Positions 24,371-37,774 of a stretch of DNA of 64,000 nucleotides are shown here, piece by piece. The stretch comes from Pristiophorus japonicus (taxonomy: Eukaryota), in the NCBI RefSeq assembly GCF_044704955.1, contig NC_091997.1, positions 3,348,001 through 3,412,000 of the forward strand. Direction: 5' to 3'. The notes beneath the pieces are model-generated. The model did no database searches. It was not told the DNA's origin and was given only the letters and a program-made list of their open reading frames with translations. Numbering within the stretch: position 1 is the stretch's first letter; each line of letters starts with the position of its first letter. A program made the translations under genes and the position numbers.

Positions 24371-27300
24371 TTTTCTATAGCTTCATTCTGACCTATCTCA
24401 CTATTAAAACATTACATTGCCATGCTGTGTTTTATCAGCTATCCAAGGCCAATCATAACCAAAGGCTTTCCAGCTGCATTAATCCACGTGAGAGGATTAC
24501 AGAAAATGCTCGGGGGCTGTTGATCATGCTGAGAATTCGGGATTTCTGACTCTTGTATGTGGTATTGCAACAGATAGGCCAACATTCTAAGCAGTAAAAC
24601 GAAAGAAAAAACCCCAGCTAAAACAGTTGATTTCTTCCTTATTGGTTCTGCAGGTACTGTGCACATGCTGGAGCGGGTACGGATCCAGAGAAATAAATCT
24701 CTGCACATCACAAGCAGCGCAAAGTGTATTCTGTTAAAAATGTTCATTGCATTACTTCACGCAACACCCTTTAAAAGTATTGTGGTGGTACACAGTGGTT
24801 GGTTAGAACAGTGTCCTATTACCTCAAGTTTGATTTGACTGCAGCCTAGACCAATAAAATAAAACCCTCCCTCTCTCAGGCTCAACTTACTTCCCAGCAG
24901 ACAAACATCCAATGCAGAACTACCCAGAATTTGGTACCACAATAAATGTTTCATTTCAGTCAGCAAGGTGACAAGGATTGATTGGGGATTCCAAAGATGA
25001 AGGTAAAATACATACCCATTTCCAATGCTTTTGAGACATTCTTTTAATTTGAAAAAAACTAATCTCACAGATTTTCTAACCCAATAAATTATTGGCAGTG
25101 GCACATATTACCCCAAATATTACGCAGACACCCCTTTTAGTTAACATAATATTGGCCATTATTAACAGCATTAATGAAATATTTTGTTTCCAACCATGGG
25201 AGCAGCACTTATATAAATGATGCAATGCATAGAAAGTGGCAGTTAGATATAACAATATGGGAGGTGCATGGAATGTGCGATAGAAAAATGTATTTGTGGG
25301 GGATGTGTAAGGATGGTTTGTTACGAGGAAGCATATATGATTTGATACAACAATATGGGGAGGGGCATATGGGTGGTGTAACAATACGATGGGCCTGTGT
25401 CTTGGATAGAAGAATACTTGTTTATTGCGTCTGTGAGTAGCAGATTCTTCAGTCATCTGTTGTGCGGATGATAGATGATTCCGCTCTACTGGTTCTGTCT
25501 GAAGACTTCCCTGGTACAGGCACACTATAAACATTTTAATCTTGTCCCTTCAAATGAAATAAAAAGCTCATTCACGTACCAATCTATTGCCTTCACTCAA
25601 TCAAAGCATAGAACAACCAGGGGTAGCAGGTGATTAGGCAAGGAACTTTCTCTGCAAGCTATTATAAGGAATTGGATATATACTTGAAAAATAAAAATTT
25701 GCAGAGCTATGGGGCACTAATTGGATAGTTCTTTCATAGAGCCGGCACAGGCATTGGGGGTGAATGGCTGCCTTCTGTGCCAGAGGATTCTATGATCTTT
25801 TATGAGGCTCTGTCTGAGTTAATGTTAGATAAGTAATCATTTGTTACTATTTATATGCTGCAGGCAAGCCCTGATAATGCTGTTGTTTTAATCGCTGCCT
25901 ACACATTGTAGACTCACATTGCTATGGATGTGCAGTGGAATCATAATCACATTTATTCCAATCTTCAGTCAGCGCAAGAATAAAATGAAAATACAAGTTA
26001 GAAATCAAAGCTGATATAATTTGTGCAAATCTAAAGATGTCAAGGCTACAGATTTAGCTCAGGATTAAACATGCTGCATTTGTAAATGAAATCACAGAGA
26101 GAAATGCCAGAACATCAGAAGTAGATGCAGTGTCGGCCTTTCGGCTCTTCGAGCCTGCGCCACCATTTAATGAGATCGTGGCTGATCTTCTACATCAAGG
26201 CAGGGAAGGACAGGAATCTGACAACCAGCTACCAAAGAAGCTCAAGATATTTTCATACAGTAACTGCCTCTATGGCTCTTGTTGTGTGACTGAAATGATT
26301 GTGGGGATGGAAAACTTGCATTGAATAAAGAAAGAATATCCTCAGTATATCACAAACTACCAACAAATTGACTTTGCAGTCACTTGTCTCGACCCCATTG
26401 GAGACCCAATGTGCTGTGCCGCTACACTGTCCGATTATATTAGCAATTTTTAATGTAATTTTACCAAAGAATTCTTCAACAAATTTTAATCTTAACAACT
26501 TGCCATTAGTGCCAAGCTGCAGCCAGTACCCATGGAACATTCTGGACTAACATTTCCCTTTCAATGTTATTTAATAATATTGGACAGGATCCGAGATAGG
26601 TCACAAGCAACATTATCATTATTCTGGTGTTAAAATCTCCTTGTCTTTCTCACATATTGAAATAAAGTGAAAACAAAGGTTAGAATGCATTTGGTAATAC
26701 TGTACTTTTTAGATCAAATTCATGGCTCACAGAAAATCCACTTCCATGTTTTTTAAAGCTCAGTTTTGGAACTGTCGATTAGAAATGACTCAATTAGAGA
26801 AGTCTCCATTGGGAATGTCTCCATTGTCTTTTTACTACAATCTACTGATCCATAATTTCCTGCATGGAGAATTTAGCCGAAATATACTTTCCATTGTTGC
26901 AACGGGCTGATGTCACCAAGCAAAAAGTGTATTTAATAATTATTTAGAAATTATATTTTTTATGATAAATATCGCCTTGCATCTTCTTCCATTCAAGCCT
27001 GGCTTTCATTGTTTGCCATGCTTTGTAAGTCTTGTAAGGCTAATGAAAGATTTTGAACATGTTTGAAGGTATCATTTTTCTGTGAGTGCTCTATTAATAG
27101 AGAGATGGTCTGTGTGCTCATTTGATGTCACTCTGGCCTGCAATACTCAACCGTCTATTTTTGCGGCATAAATCATTTGATAAATATAAAATATTATATA
27201 ACCTTTACTGGACAGTAATTTTACTTCTCTGATTAACCATCCAAAATATCTGGTAGTACTTCACAAATCTCGTATCCTTTGCAATTACACATCAAAGAAC

Positions 27301-27469
27301 TCCTATTCCTTGAGAATCTATAGAACTTGGCACTAGAAAGAGAACAACAGATCCTACCAAACAAAATAACTGTTCTCAATTAATGTGTTTATTAGGGTAG
27401 GTCAAAGTTTCCATTAAAATAGCAGTCAGAAGAATGTCATACGAAAGCATTAATCTCCAATAATCTCAC

Positions 27470-27603
27470 CATTAGACATGGGAACAGGAGTAATCCATTC
27501 AGCCCCTCGAACCTGTTTTGCCATTAAATTAGATCATGCCTAATCTGTATCTTAACTCCATCTCCAGACCTTGGCTCCATAACCTTTAATACCCTTACCT
27601 AAC
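27470..27603 (-). mobile_element. CR1 3' UTR fragment
   Basis: GGAACAGGAGTAATCCATTCAGCCCCTCGAACCTG...CCATAACCTTTAATACCCTT. Confidence 0.75.
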
Positions 27604-27892
27604 CGTTTGTAACCTGTAATTTTCAGTGGGGGGAAAATGCTTTAACGCGAAAGTTCACTCAACGGCAAAATCTTCCCCTCTGTACAATTTTAACCATTTT
27701 AAGCAGTTACTGGTGAATGGGAGGGAACCCTTTTGTTTCGAAAGTCGATGTACCAACTTGCTGCTGTATCCACTAGGCTCACAACTGCATCCCTCATCAT
27801 GGCTGACCTAGACCCAACTGACTGGGGTTTTATTGAGTCTTGTGAACATCACCTAACTAGCTAAGCCACTCACAATGCAGCAGCTCTATAAC

Positions 27893-28325
27893 TATTTTAA
27901 AATAAACAGATAAAGCCGAGTGCCCCTTATTAAGGGGAGCACACAAGTTCACAAATAAAACTTTAAATGGAACTTTAACCAATTAAATTAAAATTTGGTT
28001 GCAGGAGGTGATGATGCACTACAGTCCCTCCGGCGCCCACCTCTCGTAGAAGGCCGTGAGCGTATCGGTGGACACCGCGTGCTCCATCTCCAGGGACACC
28101 CTGGCGCGAACGTAGCCACAGAAGTGAGGCAGGCAGTCGGGCTGAACGACCCCCTCGACCGCCCGCTGCCTGGACCTGTTAATGGCCACCTTGGCCAGAC
28201 CCAGGAGCTGTCCTACGAGGAGGCCCTTCGACCTGCCCACTCCCTTCTGCCGATCAGGTGCCCAAAGATTAGAAGCGTGGACTGAAGTGCAGCCAGAAAT
28301 CGAGGAGCAGCCCCTTCAAATAGTG
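27893..28325 (-). mobile_element. L1/Tx1-like LINE 3' fragment
   Basis: LLGLAKVAINRSRQRAVEG...VRARVSLEMEHAVSTDTLTAFYERWAP resembles a Tx1 ORF2 C-terminus, followed by a T-rich 3' UTR. Confidence 0.6.
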
Positions 28326-28800
28326 GATGAGGGGCTGCAGCAACAGCTCTACAAACCTGTGAGCATCCTCACAGATGCATACATTACACTAGGAAAGCTT
28401 AGCATTTGCCTTAAACCAACATGCAGGCCTTTACTATTACTATACACCCTCATGCTTAACAGCAAGATGTGAATTGGAGACAGTAATCCAACCTCAGGGT
28501 TCAGGTGACAAACATAAACCAGTTCTGATGAAGGCACCCAACCTTTGTTAAAACTCCTATTTGTAAAACTGACATATATTCAGAGCTTATTGCTGAAGGA
28601 ACAGCCAGTTCAGTAATATTATAAAGGTCAGTGAACACATTACAATCTGCCAAGGTTTGTACCTGAAACAGCATTTTGGATACGGCAACATGTTATTGCA
28701 TCCACTGTCGAAACAAAAAGGTTCCTTCCCATTCGCCAGATGACTGCTCATTCTTGGCAGTGCTTCCAGGGGAAGATGCTGAGGCAAGTTATATTGGGGG

Positions 28801-29048
28801 TAATATGTCCTTACTATACAGCATAAATGCACACGGGGCCCATACTTGAGAGAAGGTCACTCTGTGACCAGTTACCTTTATTACCAAGACCTCAAGAGGC
28901 AGACGGTGGGTGGAGCTTCCCCTTTTATACTGGAAAGTTCAGGTTAGGAGTGTCTCCCACAAGTTCACCACCTAGTGGTCAGTGTTCTCAAGGTATACAA
29001 CTTAGGTCAGCTTATACATGGGTTACAATGATAGTTGAATACATGACA
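28801..29048 (-). repeat. 3' LTR
   Basis: Near-identical to 37528-37774. Minus strand reads TGTCATG...CATATTA with TATAAAA and AATAAA. Confidence 0.95.
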
Positions 29049-29076
29049 TCACCTCCCCGCCAAAGTTTTATTGGGA

Positions 29077-30351
29077 TCACAGGTTAAGTCTCTCTGGTGG
29101 TTTACGCTCCCTTGTAGAGCGCCTGAGTTGGGGCTCCGGTTGTTGGGTGCTGGCCTGAGTGTCTGCTGTTTGCGGTGCCTCAGGCCTGTCCGGACTGCCC
29201 ACAGTGACTGGGCTCTCCTCCACTTGGTTCCGGTGTTCGGTCACCTGTGGTGGAGTGAACTCTACGTCGTGTTCTTCCTCTGCTCTGGGGTTGCTGAACC
29301 TCCTTTTAGTTTGATCCACGTGTTTGCGGCAGATTTGTCCATTGGTAAGTTTAACGACTAAAACCCTATTCCCCTCATTGGCAATCACAGTGCCTGCAAG
29401 CCATTTGGGCCCTGCAGCATAATTAAGGACAAAAACAAGGTCATTGACATCAATACATCACGCCCTCGCATTCCTGTCATGGTAGTCACATTGTGACTGA
29501 CGCTTGCTCTCAACAATTTCTTTCATAGTAGGGTGTATAAGGGATAACCTGGTTTTGAGCGTCCTTTTCATTAGCAGCTCTGCAGGTGGAACCCCTGTGA
29601 GCGAGTGTGGTCGGGATCTATTGGCCAAAAGGAGGCGTGATAAGCGGCTTTGTAGGGAACCCCCTTGGATTCTGAGCATCCCCTGTTTGATTATCTACAC
29701 TGCTCGTTCTGCCTGGCCGTTTGAGGCCGGCTTGAATGGTGCCGTTCTGACATGGTTGATTCCATTGCCTGCCATGAAGTCCTGGAATTCAGTGCTTGTG
29801 AAGCACGGGCCGTTGTCGCTGACCAAGACATCCGGTAGACGTGGGCGGCGAACATTGCCCGTAGACTTTCTACTGTGGCAGAGGATGTGCTTGAATTTAA
29901 AATGGCACACTCAATCCATTTGGAGTAGGCGTCTACGACAACCAAAAACATTTTTCCCATGAAAGGACCTGTGTAGTCCACATGGATGCGTGACCATGGC
30001 TTGGCGGGCCAGGACCAGGGGCTAAGGGGGGCTTCCGTGGGTGCGTTGCCCAGCTGAGCACAAGTGTTGCACCTGCGAATACAAAGTTCCAGGTCTGCAT
30101 CTATCCCTGGCCACCAAACGTGTAATTGCCTTCATCATGACAATGCCCAGGTGCTCATTGTGAAGTTCTCTGATAAACAGTAGGCAATCGGCCTGAATCG
30201 AGAGTTCATCCTTGCGCCTATGAAACAGTTTAAACACCTCAGGGCATGCCCAGTAAGTGGCTGCCCAGTCCCCATTCAGGACACATTTCTTAACTAAAGA
30301 CAGTAGCGGGTCTTTATTTGTCCAGACTTTAATCTGATGGGCTGTCACAGG
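29077..30351 (-). pseudogene. Gypsy integrase (frameshifted)
   Basis: LHNEHLGIVMMK (HHCC part), [25 protein letters not shown], and C-terminal LRRSTRERKPPERLNL. Confidence 0.92.
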
Positions 30352-30599
30352 TGAGCCTATAAAGGCCCAACGCGGCAGCAGTCGGGAGCAGCGTGAGGAG
30401 GTGCGTCGCTGAGGCGAGCCGGTGTAGCTACAGGGAGAAGGCAAAAAAGAAGTAGAAAGAAACAGAAAGGTGACGTCACAGCCAAGGGGGTAAGTGATTG
30501 GCTGGTGATTGGTGAGTAGTTTTTCTTTTTTCTCTTCTATATCAGTGAGTAAACTTTAGCATTGTTGTTGCCAATTTAAGTGTATCTAAGAGTTAAGTC

Positions 30600-31547
30600 A
30601 TGGCAGGAGAGCTCGGTCACGTGATATGCTCCTCCTGTACCATGTGGGAACTCAGGGACACTTCCGGTGTCCCTGACGACTACGTGTGCGGGAAGTGTAT
30701 CCGCCTCCAGCTCCTGACAGACCGCGTTGCGGAATTGGAGCTGAGGGTGGATTCACTCTGGAGCATCCACGATACTGAGAATGACGTGAATACCACGTTT
30801 AGTGAGTTGGTCTTACCGCAGGAGAAGGATCCACAGCCAGCTAGGGAATTGAAGACCAGCAGGAAGAGTAGTGCAAGGAAGGTAGTGCAGGGGTCCCCTG
30901 CGGCCATCCCCCTGCAAAACAGATACACTGCTTTGAGTACTGTTGAGAGGGATGACTCATCAGGGGAGGGCAGCAGCAGCCAAGTTCATGGCACCGTGGC
31001 TGGCTCTGCTGCACAGGAGGGCAGGAAAAAGACTGGGAGAGCAATAGTGATAGGGGATTCGATTGTAAGGGGAATAGATAGGCGTTTCTGCGGCCGCAAC
31101 CGAGACTCCAGGATGGTATGTTGCCTCCCTGGTGCAAGGGTCAAGGATGTCTCGGAGCGGGTGCAGGACATTCTGAAAAGGGAGGGTGAACAGCCAGTTG
31201 TCGTGGTACACATTGGTACCAACGACATAGGTAAAAAAAGGGATGAGGTCCTACGAAACGAATTTAAGGAGCTAGGAGCTAAATTAAAACGTAGGACCTC
31301 AAAAGTAGTAATCTCAGGATTGCTACCAGTGCCACATGCCAGTCAGAGTAGGAATTGCAGGATAACTCAGATGAATACGTGGCTTGAGCAGTGGTGCAGC
31401 AGGGAGGGATTCAAATTCCTGGGGCATTGGAACCGGTTCTGGGGGAGGTGGGACCAGTACAAACCGGACGGTCTGCACCGAGGCAGGACCGGAACCAATG
31501 TCCTAGGGGGAGTGTTTGCTAGTGCTGTTGGGGAGGAGCTAGACTAA
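30600..31547 (+). CDS. CR1 ORF1p: N-terminal Cys zinc finger/leucine zipper + SGNH esterase domain
   Basis: CSSC...CGKC, LTDRVAELELRVDSL heptads, IGDSIVR, PGA, HIGTNDI, DGLH. Open for 315 aa. Confidence 0.93.
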   Translation: MAGELGHVICSSCTMWELRDTSGVPDDYVCGKCIRLQLLTDRVAELELRVDSLWSIHDTENDVNTTFSELVLPQEKDPQPARELKTSRKSSARKVVQGSPAAIPLQNRYTALSTVERDDSSGEGSSSQVHGTVAGSAAQEGRKKTGRAIVIGDSIVRGIDRRFCGRNRDSRMVCCLPGARVKDVSERVQDILKREGEQPVVVVHIGTNDIGKKRDEVLRNEFKELGAKLKRRTSKVVISGLLPVPHASQSRNCRITQMNTWLEQWCSREGFKFLGHWNRFWGRWDQYKPDGLHRGRTGTNVLGGVFASAVGEELD

Positions 31548-31624
31548 TATGGCAGGGGGATGGGAACCAATGCAGGGAGACAGAGGGAAACAAAAAGGAG
31601 ACAAAAGCAAAAGACAGAAAGGAG

Positions 31625-34545
31625 ATGAGTAAAAGTGGAGGGCAGAGAAACCCAAGGCAAAAAACAAAAAGGGCCACTGAATATAAAGGGGCTGCAGGAG
31701 GGGTCAAAATTAAAAATCATGGTTTAAAAACTAGTATTAAAACACTCTACCTAAACGCACGCAGCATTCAAAATAAAGTAAATGAGTTGACGGCACAAAT
31801 CATCACAAATGGGTATGATTTGGTGGCCATTACAGAAACGTGGTTGCAGGGTGGCCAAGACTGGGAATTAAACATACAGGGGTATCTGACGATTCGGAAA
31901 GATAGACAAGAAGGGAAAGGAGGTGGGGTAGCTCTGTTAATAAAGGATGATATCAGGGCAGTTGTGAGAGACGATATTGGCTGTAATGAACAAAATGTTG
32001 AATCATTGTGGGTGGAGATTAGAGATAGTAAGGGGAAAAAGTCACTGGTGGGCGTAGTTTATAGGCCCCCAAATAATAACTTCACGGTGGGGCGGGCAAT
32101 AATCAAGGGAATAATGGAGGCATGTGAAAAAGGAACGGCAGTAATCATGGGGGATTTTAACCTACATATCGATTGGTCAAATCAAATCGCATGGGGTAGC
32201 CTTGAGGAGAAATTCATAGAATGCATACGGGATTGTTTCTTAGAACAGTATGTTACAGAACCTACAAGGGAGCAAGCTATCTTAGATCTGGTCCTGTGTA
32301 ATGAGACAGGAATAATAAACGATCTCCTAGTAAAAGATCCTCTCGGAATGAGTGATCACAGTATGGTTGAATTTGTAATACAGATTGAGGGTGAGGAAGT
32401 AGTGTCTCAAACGAGCGTACTATGCGAAAACAAAGGGGACTACAGTGGGATGAGGGCAGAGTTGGCTAAAGTAGATTGGAAACACAGACTAAATGGTGGC
32501 ACAATTGAGGAACAGTGGAGGACTTTTAAGGAGCTCTTTAATAATGCTCAACAAAAATATATTCCAGTGAAAAAGAAGGGTGGTAAGAGAAGGGATAACC
32601 AGCCGTGGATAACCAAGGAAATAAAGGAGAGTATCAAATTAAAAACCAATGCGTATAAGGTGGCCAAGGTTAGTGGGAAAATAGAAAATTGGGAAAATTT
32701 TAGATGACAGCAAAGAATGACTAAGAAAGCAATAAAGAAGGGAAAGATAGATTACGAAGATAAACTTGCGCAAAACATAAAAACGGATAGTAAAAGCTTT
32801 TACAGATATATAAAACGGAAAAGAGTGACTAAAGTAAATGTTGGTCCCTTAGAAAATGAGAAGGGGGATTTAATAATGGGAAATGTGGAAATGGCTGAGA
32901 CCTTAAACAATTATTTTGCTTCGGTCTTCACAGTGGAAGACACAGAAACCATGCCAGAAATTGCTAGTCACGGGAATGTGGGAAGGGAGGACCTTGAGAC
33001 AATCACTATCACTAGGGGGTTAGTGCTGGACAGGCTAATGGGACTCAAGTAGACAAGTCCCCTGGTCCTGATGAAATGCATCCCAGGGTATTAAAAGAGA
33101 TGGCGGATATTATAGCAGATGCATTCGTTATAATCTACCAAAATTCTCTGGACTCTGGGGAGGTACCAGGGGATTGGAAAGCAGCTAATGGAACGCCTGT
33201 GTTTAAAAAAGGGGGCAGACAAAAGGCAGGTAACTATAGGCCGGCTAGTTTAACATCGTAGTGGGGAAAATGCTTGAAACTATCATTAAGGAAGAAATAG
33301 CGGGGCATCTAGATCGGAATAGTGCAATCAAGCAGACGCAGCATGGATTCATGAAGGGGAAATCATGTTTAACTAATTTACTGGAATTCTTTGAGGATAT
33401 AACGAGCATGGTGGATAGAGGTGTACCGATGGATGTGGTGTATTTAGATTTTCAAAAGGCATTCGATAAGGTGCCACACAAAAGGTTACTGCAGAAGATA
33501 AAGTTACGCGGAGTCAGTGGAAATGTATTAGCATGGATAGAGAATTGGCTGGCTAACAGAAAGCAGAGAGTCGGGATAAATGGGTCCTTTTCGGGTTGGA
33601 ACTCGGTGGTTCGTGGTGTGCCACAAGGATTGGTGCTGGGACCACAACTGTTTACAATATACGTAGATGACCTGGAAGAGGGGACAGAGTGTAGTGTAAC
33701 AAAATTTGCAGATGACACAAAGATTAGTGGGAAAGTGGGTTGTGTAGAGGACACAGAGAGGCTGCAAAGAGATTTAGATAGGTTAAGCGAATGGGCTAAG
33801 GTTTGGCAGATGGAATACAATGTCGGAAAGTGTGAGGTCATCCACCTTGGGAAAAAAAAACAGTAAAAGGGAATACTATTTGAATGGGGAGAAATTACAA
33901 CATGCTGCAGTGCAGAGGGACCTGGGGGTCCTTGTGCACGAATCCCAAACAGTTAGTTTTCAGGTGCAGCAGGTAATCAGGAAGGCGAATGGAATGTTGG
34001 CCTTCATTGCGAGAGGGATGGAGTACAAAAGCAGGGAGGTCCTTCTGCAACTGTATAGGTTATTGGTGAGGCCGCACCTGGAGTACTGCGTGCAGTTTTG
34101 GTCACCTTACTTAAGGAAGGATATACTAGCTTTGGAGGGGGTACAGAGACGATTCACTAGGCTGATTCCAGAGATGAGGAGGTTACCTTATGATGATAGA
34201 TTGAGTAGACTGGGTCTTTACTCGTTGGAGTTCAGAAGGATGAGGGGTGATCTTATAGAAACATTTAAAATAATGAAAGGGATAGACAAGATAGAGGCAG
34301 AGAGATTGTTTCCACTGGTCGGGGAGACTAGAACTAGAGGGCACAGCCTCAAAATACGGGGGAGCCAATTTAAAACCGAGTTGAGAAGGAATTTCTTCTC
34401 CCAGAGGGTTGTGAATCTGTGGAATTCTCTGCCCAAGGAAGCAGTTGAAGCTAGCTCATTGAATGTATTCAAGTCACGGATAGATAGATTTTTAACCAAT
34501 AAGGGAATTAAGGGTTATGGGGAGCGGGCACGTAAGTGGAGCTGA
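31625..34545 (+). pseudogene. CR1 ORF2 (APE endonuclease + RT), stops and frameshifts
   Basis: ORF pieces 31625-32707, 32717-33052, 33076-33261, 33261-33866 (KFADDTK) and 33820-34545. Confidence 0.95.
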
Positions 34546-34653
34546 GTCCACGGCCAGATCAGCCATGATCTTGTTGAATGGCGGAGCAGGCTCGAGGGGT
34601 TAGATGGCCTACTCCTGTTCCTAATTCTTATGTTCATATGTTCTTATGAGCCT

Positions 34654-37491
34654 TCACTTTCGAAAGCTTCAACAGCCATGATCATCTCAGCATCATGCTC
34701 AGCTGCCCCCTCAGTGGTGGCTAGTGGTAGCCTGCTGAGTGCATTGGCGCAGTTTTCAGTCCCGGTCTGTGCCGAATTGTGTAGTCATAGGCGGCTAACG
34801 TGAGTGCCCACCTCTGTATGCGGGCCAATGCATTCGTATTTATGGCCTTGTTGTCAGCCAAAAGGGACGTTTGGGGTTAGTGATCTGTCTCCAGCTCAAA
34901 TTTCTTGCCAAACAGGTACTGGTGCATTTTTTTTTACTGCATATACACATGCTAGCGCTTCCTTTTCTACCATCCCGTACCCCCTTTCTGCCTGGGACAG
35001 ACTCCTGGAGGCATAAGCTACCGACTGTAACTGACCCTTGGCATTAACATGCTGCAACATGCACCCGACCCCATAGGACGACGCATCACACGTTAAAACT
35101 ACTTTCTTACATGGGTCATATAATGTTAACAGTTTGTTGGAGCATGACAAATTGCGTGCTCTATCAAAAGCCCTTTCCTGGCTGTTCCCCCAGACCCAAT
35201 CGCGACCTTTGCGTAAGAGCACGTGTAGCGGCTCTAACAGCGTGCTCAATTTGGGAAGAAAGTTGCCAAAATAGTTCAGGAGCCCCAAGAACGAACGCAG
35301 TTCCGTCGTGTTACGGGGTCTGGGTGCTCTCTGGATCGCATCCGTTTTGGACGCAGTAGGGCTGATCCCGTCTGCTGCTACCCTCATCCCCAGGAATTCT
35401 ACCTCTGGAGCTAGGAAGACGCAGTTCGCCTTTTTCAGTCGCAGCCCTACACGGTCCAGTCTGCGTAGCACCTCCTCCAGGTTATGGAGGTGTTCTTCCG
35501 TATCCCGACCCATGATGACGATGTCGTCTTGAAAAACCATCGTCCTTGGAATCGACTTGAGGAGGCTTTCCATATTTCGCTGAAAGATCGCGGCGGCCAA
35601 ACGAATCCCGAACGGACATCTGTTGTACTCAAACAACCCCTTGTCTGTTGTGATGGTGGTCAGCTTCTTCGACTCACTCGCCAGCTCCTGGATCATGTAA
35701 GCTGAGGTCAGGTCCAATTTTGAAAAAAGTTTGCCACCGGATAGCGTCGCAAAGAGGTCCTCTGCTCTCGGTAGCGGGTACTGGTCTTGGAGTGACACCC
35801 GATTGATGGTGGCCTTGTAATCGGCACATATCCTGACCGACCCATCCGCCTTGAGCACTGGGACGATCGGGCTCGAATTCGACTGGCGAAATGATGCCTT
35901 CCCTCAGCAGGCGGTCCAATTCGCCTTCTATCTTTTCCCGCATCACGTACGGCACCGCTGTGGCCTTGTGGTGTACTGGCCTGGCGTCCGGGTTTATGTG
36001 AATCACTATCTTGGCCCCCATGAAAGTGCCGATGCCGGGTTGAAATAATGAATCAAATTTGTCGAGGACCTGTGAGCATGATACTCGCTCCACAGAAGAA
36101 ATTACATTGACATCGGCCCATTTCCAGTTCATGACAGCAAGCCAACTCCTCCCCAGCAGTGTGGGACCGTCCCCCGGGACAATCCAGAGTGGCAACCTGT
36201 TCTGCGAATCTTTGTGGGTCACGACTACCGTGGCGCTGCCTAGCACCGGAATGATCTCCTTTGTATATGTCCGTAGCAGTGCGTCAATCGGCAATAATTT
36301 TGGCCTCCTGGCCTTGGACACCCACAACCTTTCGAACTGTTTGATACTCATCAGGGACTGGCTAGCCCCCGTGTCTAGCTCCATTAATACTGGGATACCA
36401 TTGAGGAGCACTTTCATCATTATCGGTGGCGTCCTGGTATATGAACTGTATATGTGCTCCACATGAACTCGCTGAACTTCAGCTTCCAGCGATTTCCCCG
36501 AGTATTCATTTGGCCTCGTAGGGCTTACATCGGGCCCGTCCTCCCCGTACATCAACCTGGCTGCAGGCTTCCTGTACCTACGTGCCAAGTGACCGCTGAC
36601 GTTGCAGTTTCTGCAGGTATATTGCTGATACCTGCAAGCTCTGGCTGGGTGTTTGCCTCCACACCTCCAGCATGAGCTGGAGGCCCCGTTGTTGGAAAAA
36701 AAACGTCCATTACCAGTCATTCGTCTCTGACTGTCTCTGTAACTGTCCTTAAACGCACCATTAACAGATGTTGATGGCCCCATTACTGGCCGCATTGTCC
36801 ATTGCAATGGCATGAATCGCCGTTCAGCTAGCCATTGTCTCTGTTGAATTCCCCCTTTGAGTTCGACTGCATGCTGGGGCATGTCCGATTGCCCTTGTCT
36901 GCCTAGAGAACTGTGTGCCGCGTTAACAATGTTGACTCCCTGGTCGTTTGCCGCATTTGAGCCAAGATTTTTGCCATAAATCATTCTGGTCTCTTCCTCC
37001 CCTGAGATAATTGTCTGGGCTATCATAGGTCAAGAGTTTCTTCTCAATCAGTTTCCTGAAAACCCAGTGTGTCCGATGCCCTCAATAAAAAAGTCTCGCA
37101 GCATCTCCGCTCTGCATGCATCTGGGAACTTACATAGGCTCGCCAGTCGCCGGAGGTCTGCCACGAAGTCAGGAACGCTTTGCCCTTCTCGCCGCCGGTG
37201 CATGTAAAACCGGTGTCACGCCATGTGCATGCTGATCGCCAGTTTAAGGTGTTCCCCGATTAACTTACTGAGCTCTTCGAACGTCTTGTCCACCGGCTTC
37301 TCTGGAGTTAGAAGGTCCTTCATCAGGGAGTACGTTCTGGATCCACAAACCGCCAGGAGATGAGCCCTGCGTTTGTCGGCCGAAACCTGTCGCAACCATT
37401 CCTTCGTGACAAAACTTTGCTGTAGTCTCTCAATAAAGTCATCCCAATCATCACCAACACAGTACCTCTCTTCTGTGCTGCTAGTGGCTAT
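34654..37491 (-). pseudogene. Gypsy gag-protease-RT-RNaseH (frameshifted)
   Basis: Zinc knuckles CWRCGGKHPARAC and CRNCNVSGHLARRY, protease LDTGAS, RT PFGI...VFQDD, RNase H CDASSYGVG. Confidence 0.93.
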
Positions 37492-37527
37492 GCTCGCGTG
37501 GTTTAAATCCCAGTTTCTCGTCGCCAG

Positions 37528-37774
37528 TAATATGTCCTTACTATACAGTATAAATGCACACGAGGCCCATACTTGAGAGAAGGTCACTCTGTGACCAGTT
37601 ACCTTTATTACCAAGACCTCAAGAGGCAGACGGTGGGTGGAGCTTCCCCTTTTATACCGGAAAGTCCAGGTTAGGAGTGTCTCCCACAAGTTCGCCCCCT
37701 GTGGTCAGTGTTCTCAAGGTATACAACTTAGGTCAGCTTATACATGGGTTACAATGACAGTTCAATACATGACA
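37528..37774 (-). repeat. 5' LTR
   Basis: Direct repeat of 28801-29048, followed by the PBS. Confidence 0.95.

Larger units (their letters stand above)
30359..34646 (+). mobile_element. Full-length CR1 LINE (5' UTR, ORF1, ORF2, tail) nested in the Gypsy pol
   Basis: 7-bp TSD TGAGCCT at 30352-30358 and 34647-34653. (TTCTTATG)n tail. Confidence 0.97.
28801..37774 (-). mobile_element. Ty3/Gypsy LTR retrotransposon with both LTRs, disrupted gag-pol, interrupted by a CR1
   Basis: LTRs at 28801-29048 and 37528-37774. PBS TGGCGACGAG (37526-37517). PPT GGCGGGGAGGTGA. G-runs on both sides are consistent with a GGGG TSD. Domain order PR-RT-RH-IN. Confidence 0.97.

Noticed and set aside
25400-25526. 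Possible terminal exon on the minus strand (VPVPGKSSDRTSRAESSIIRTTDD*, then AATAAA)
   Set aside because: Weak acceptor with no pyrimidine tract, unrecognised peptide and no upstream exons identified.
30600-31547. SGNH/GDSL lipase as a host gene or novel cargo
   Set aside because: Esterase-type ORF1 is an established feature of CR1 LINEs, and it lies within the TSD-bounded element.
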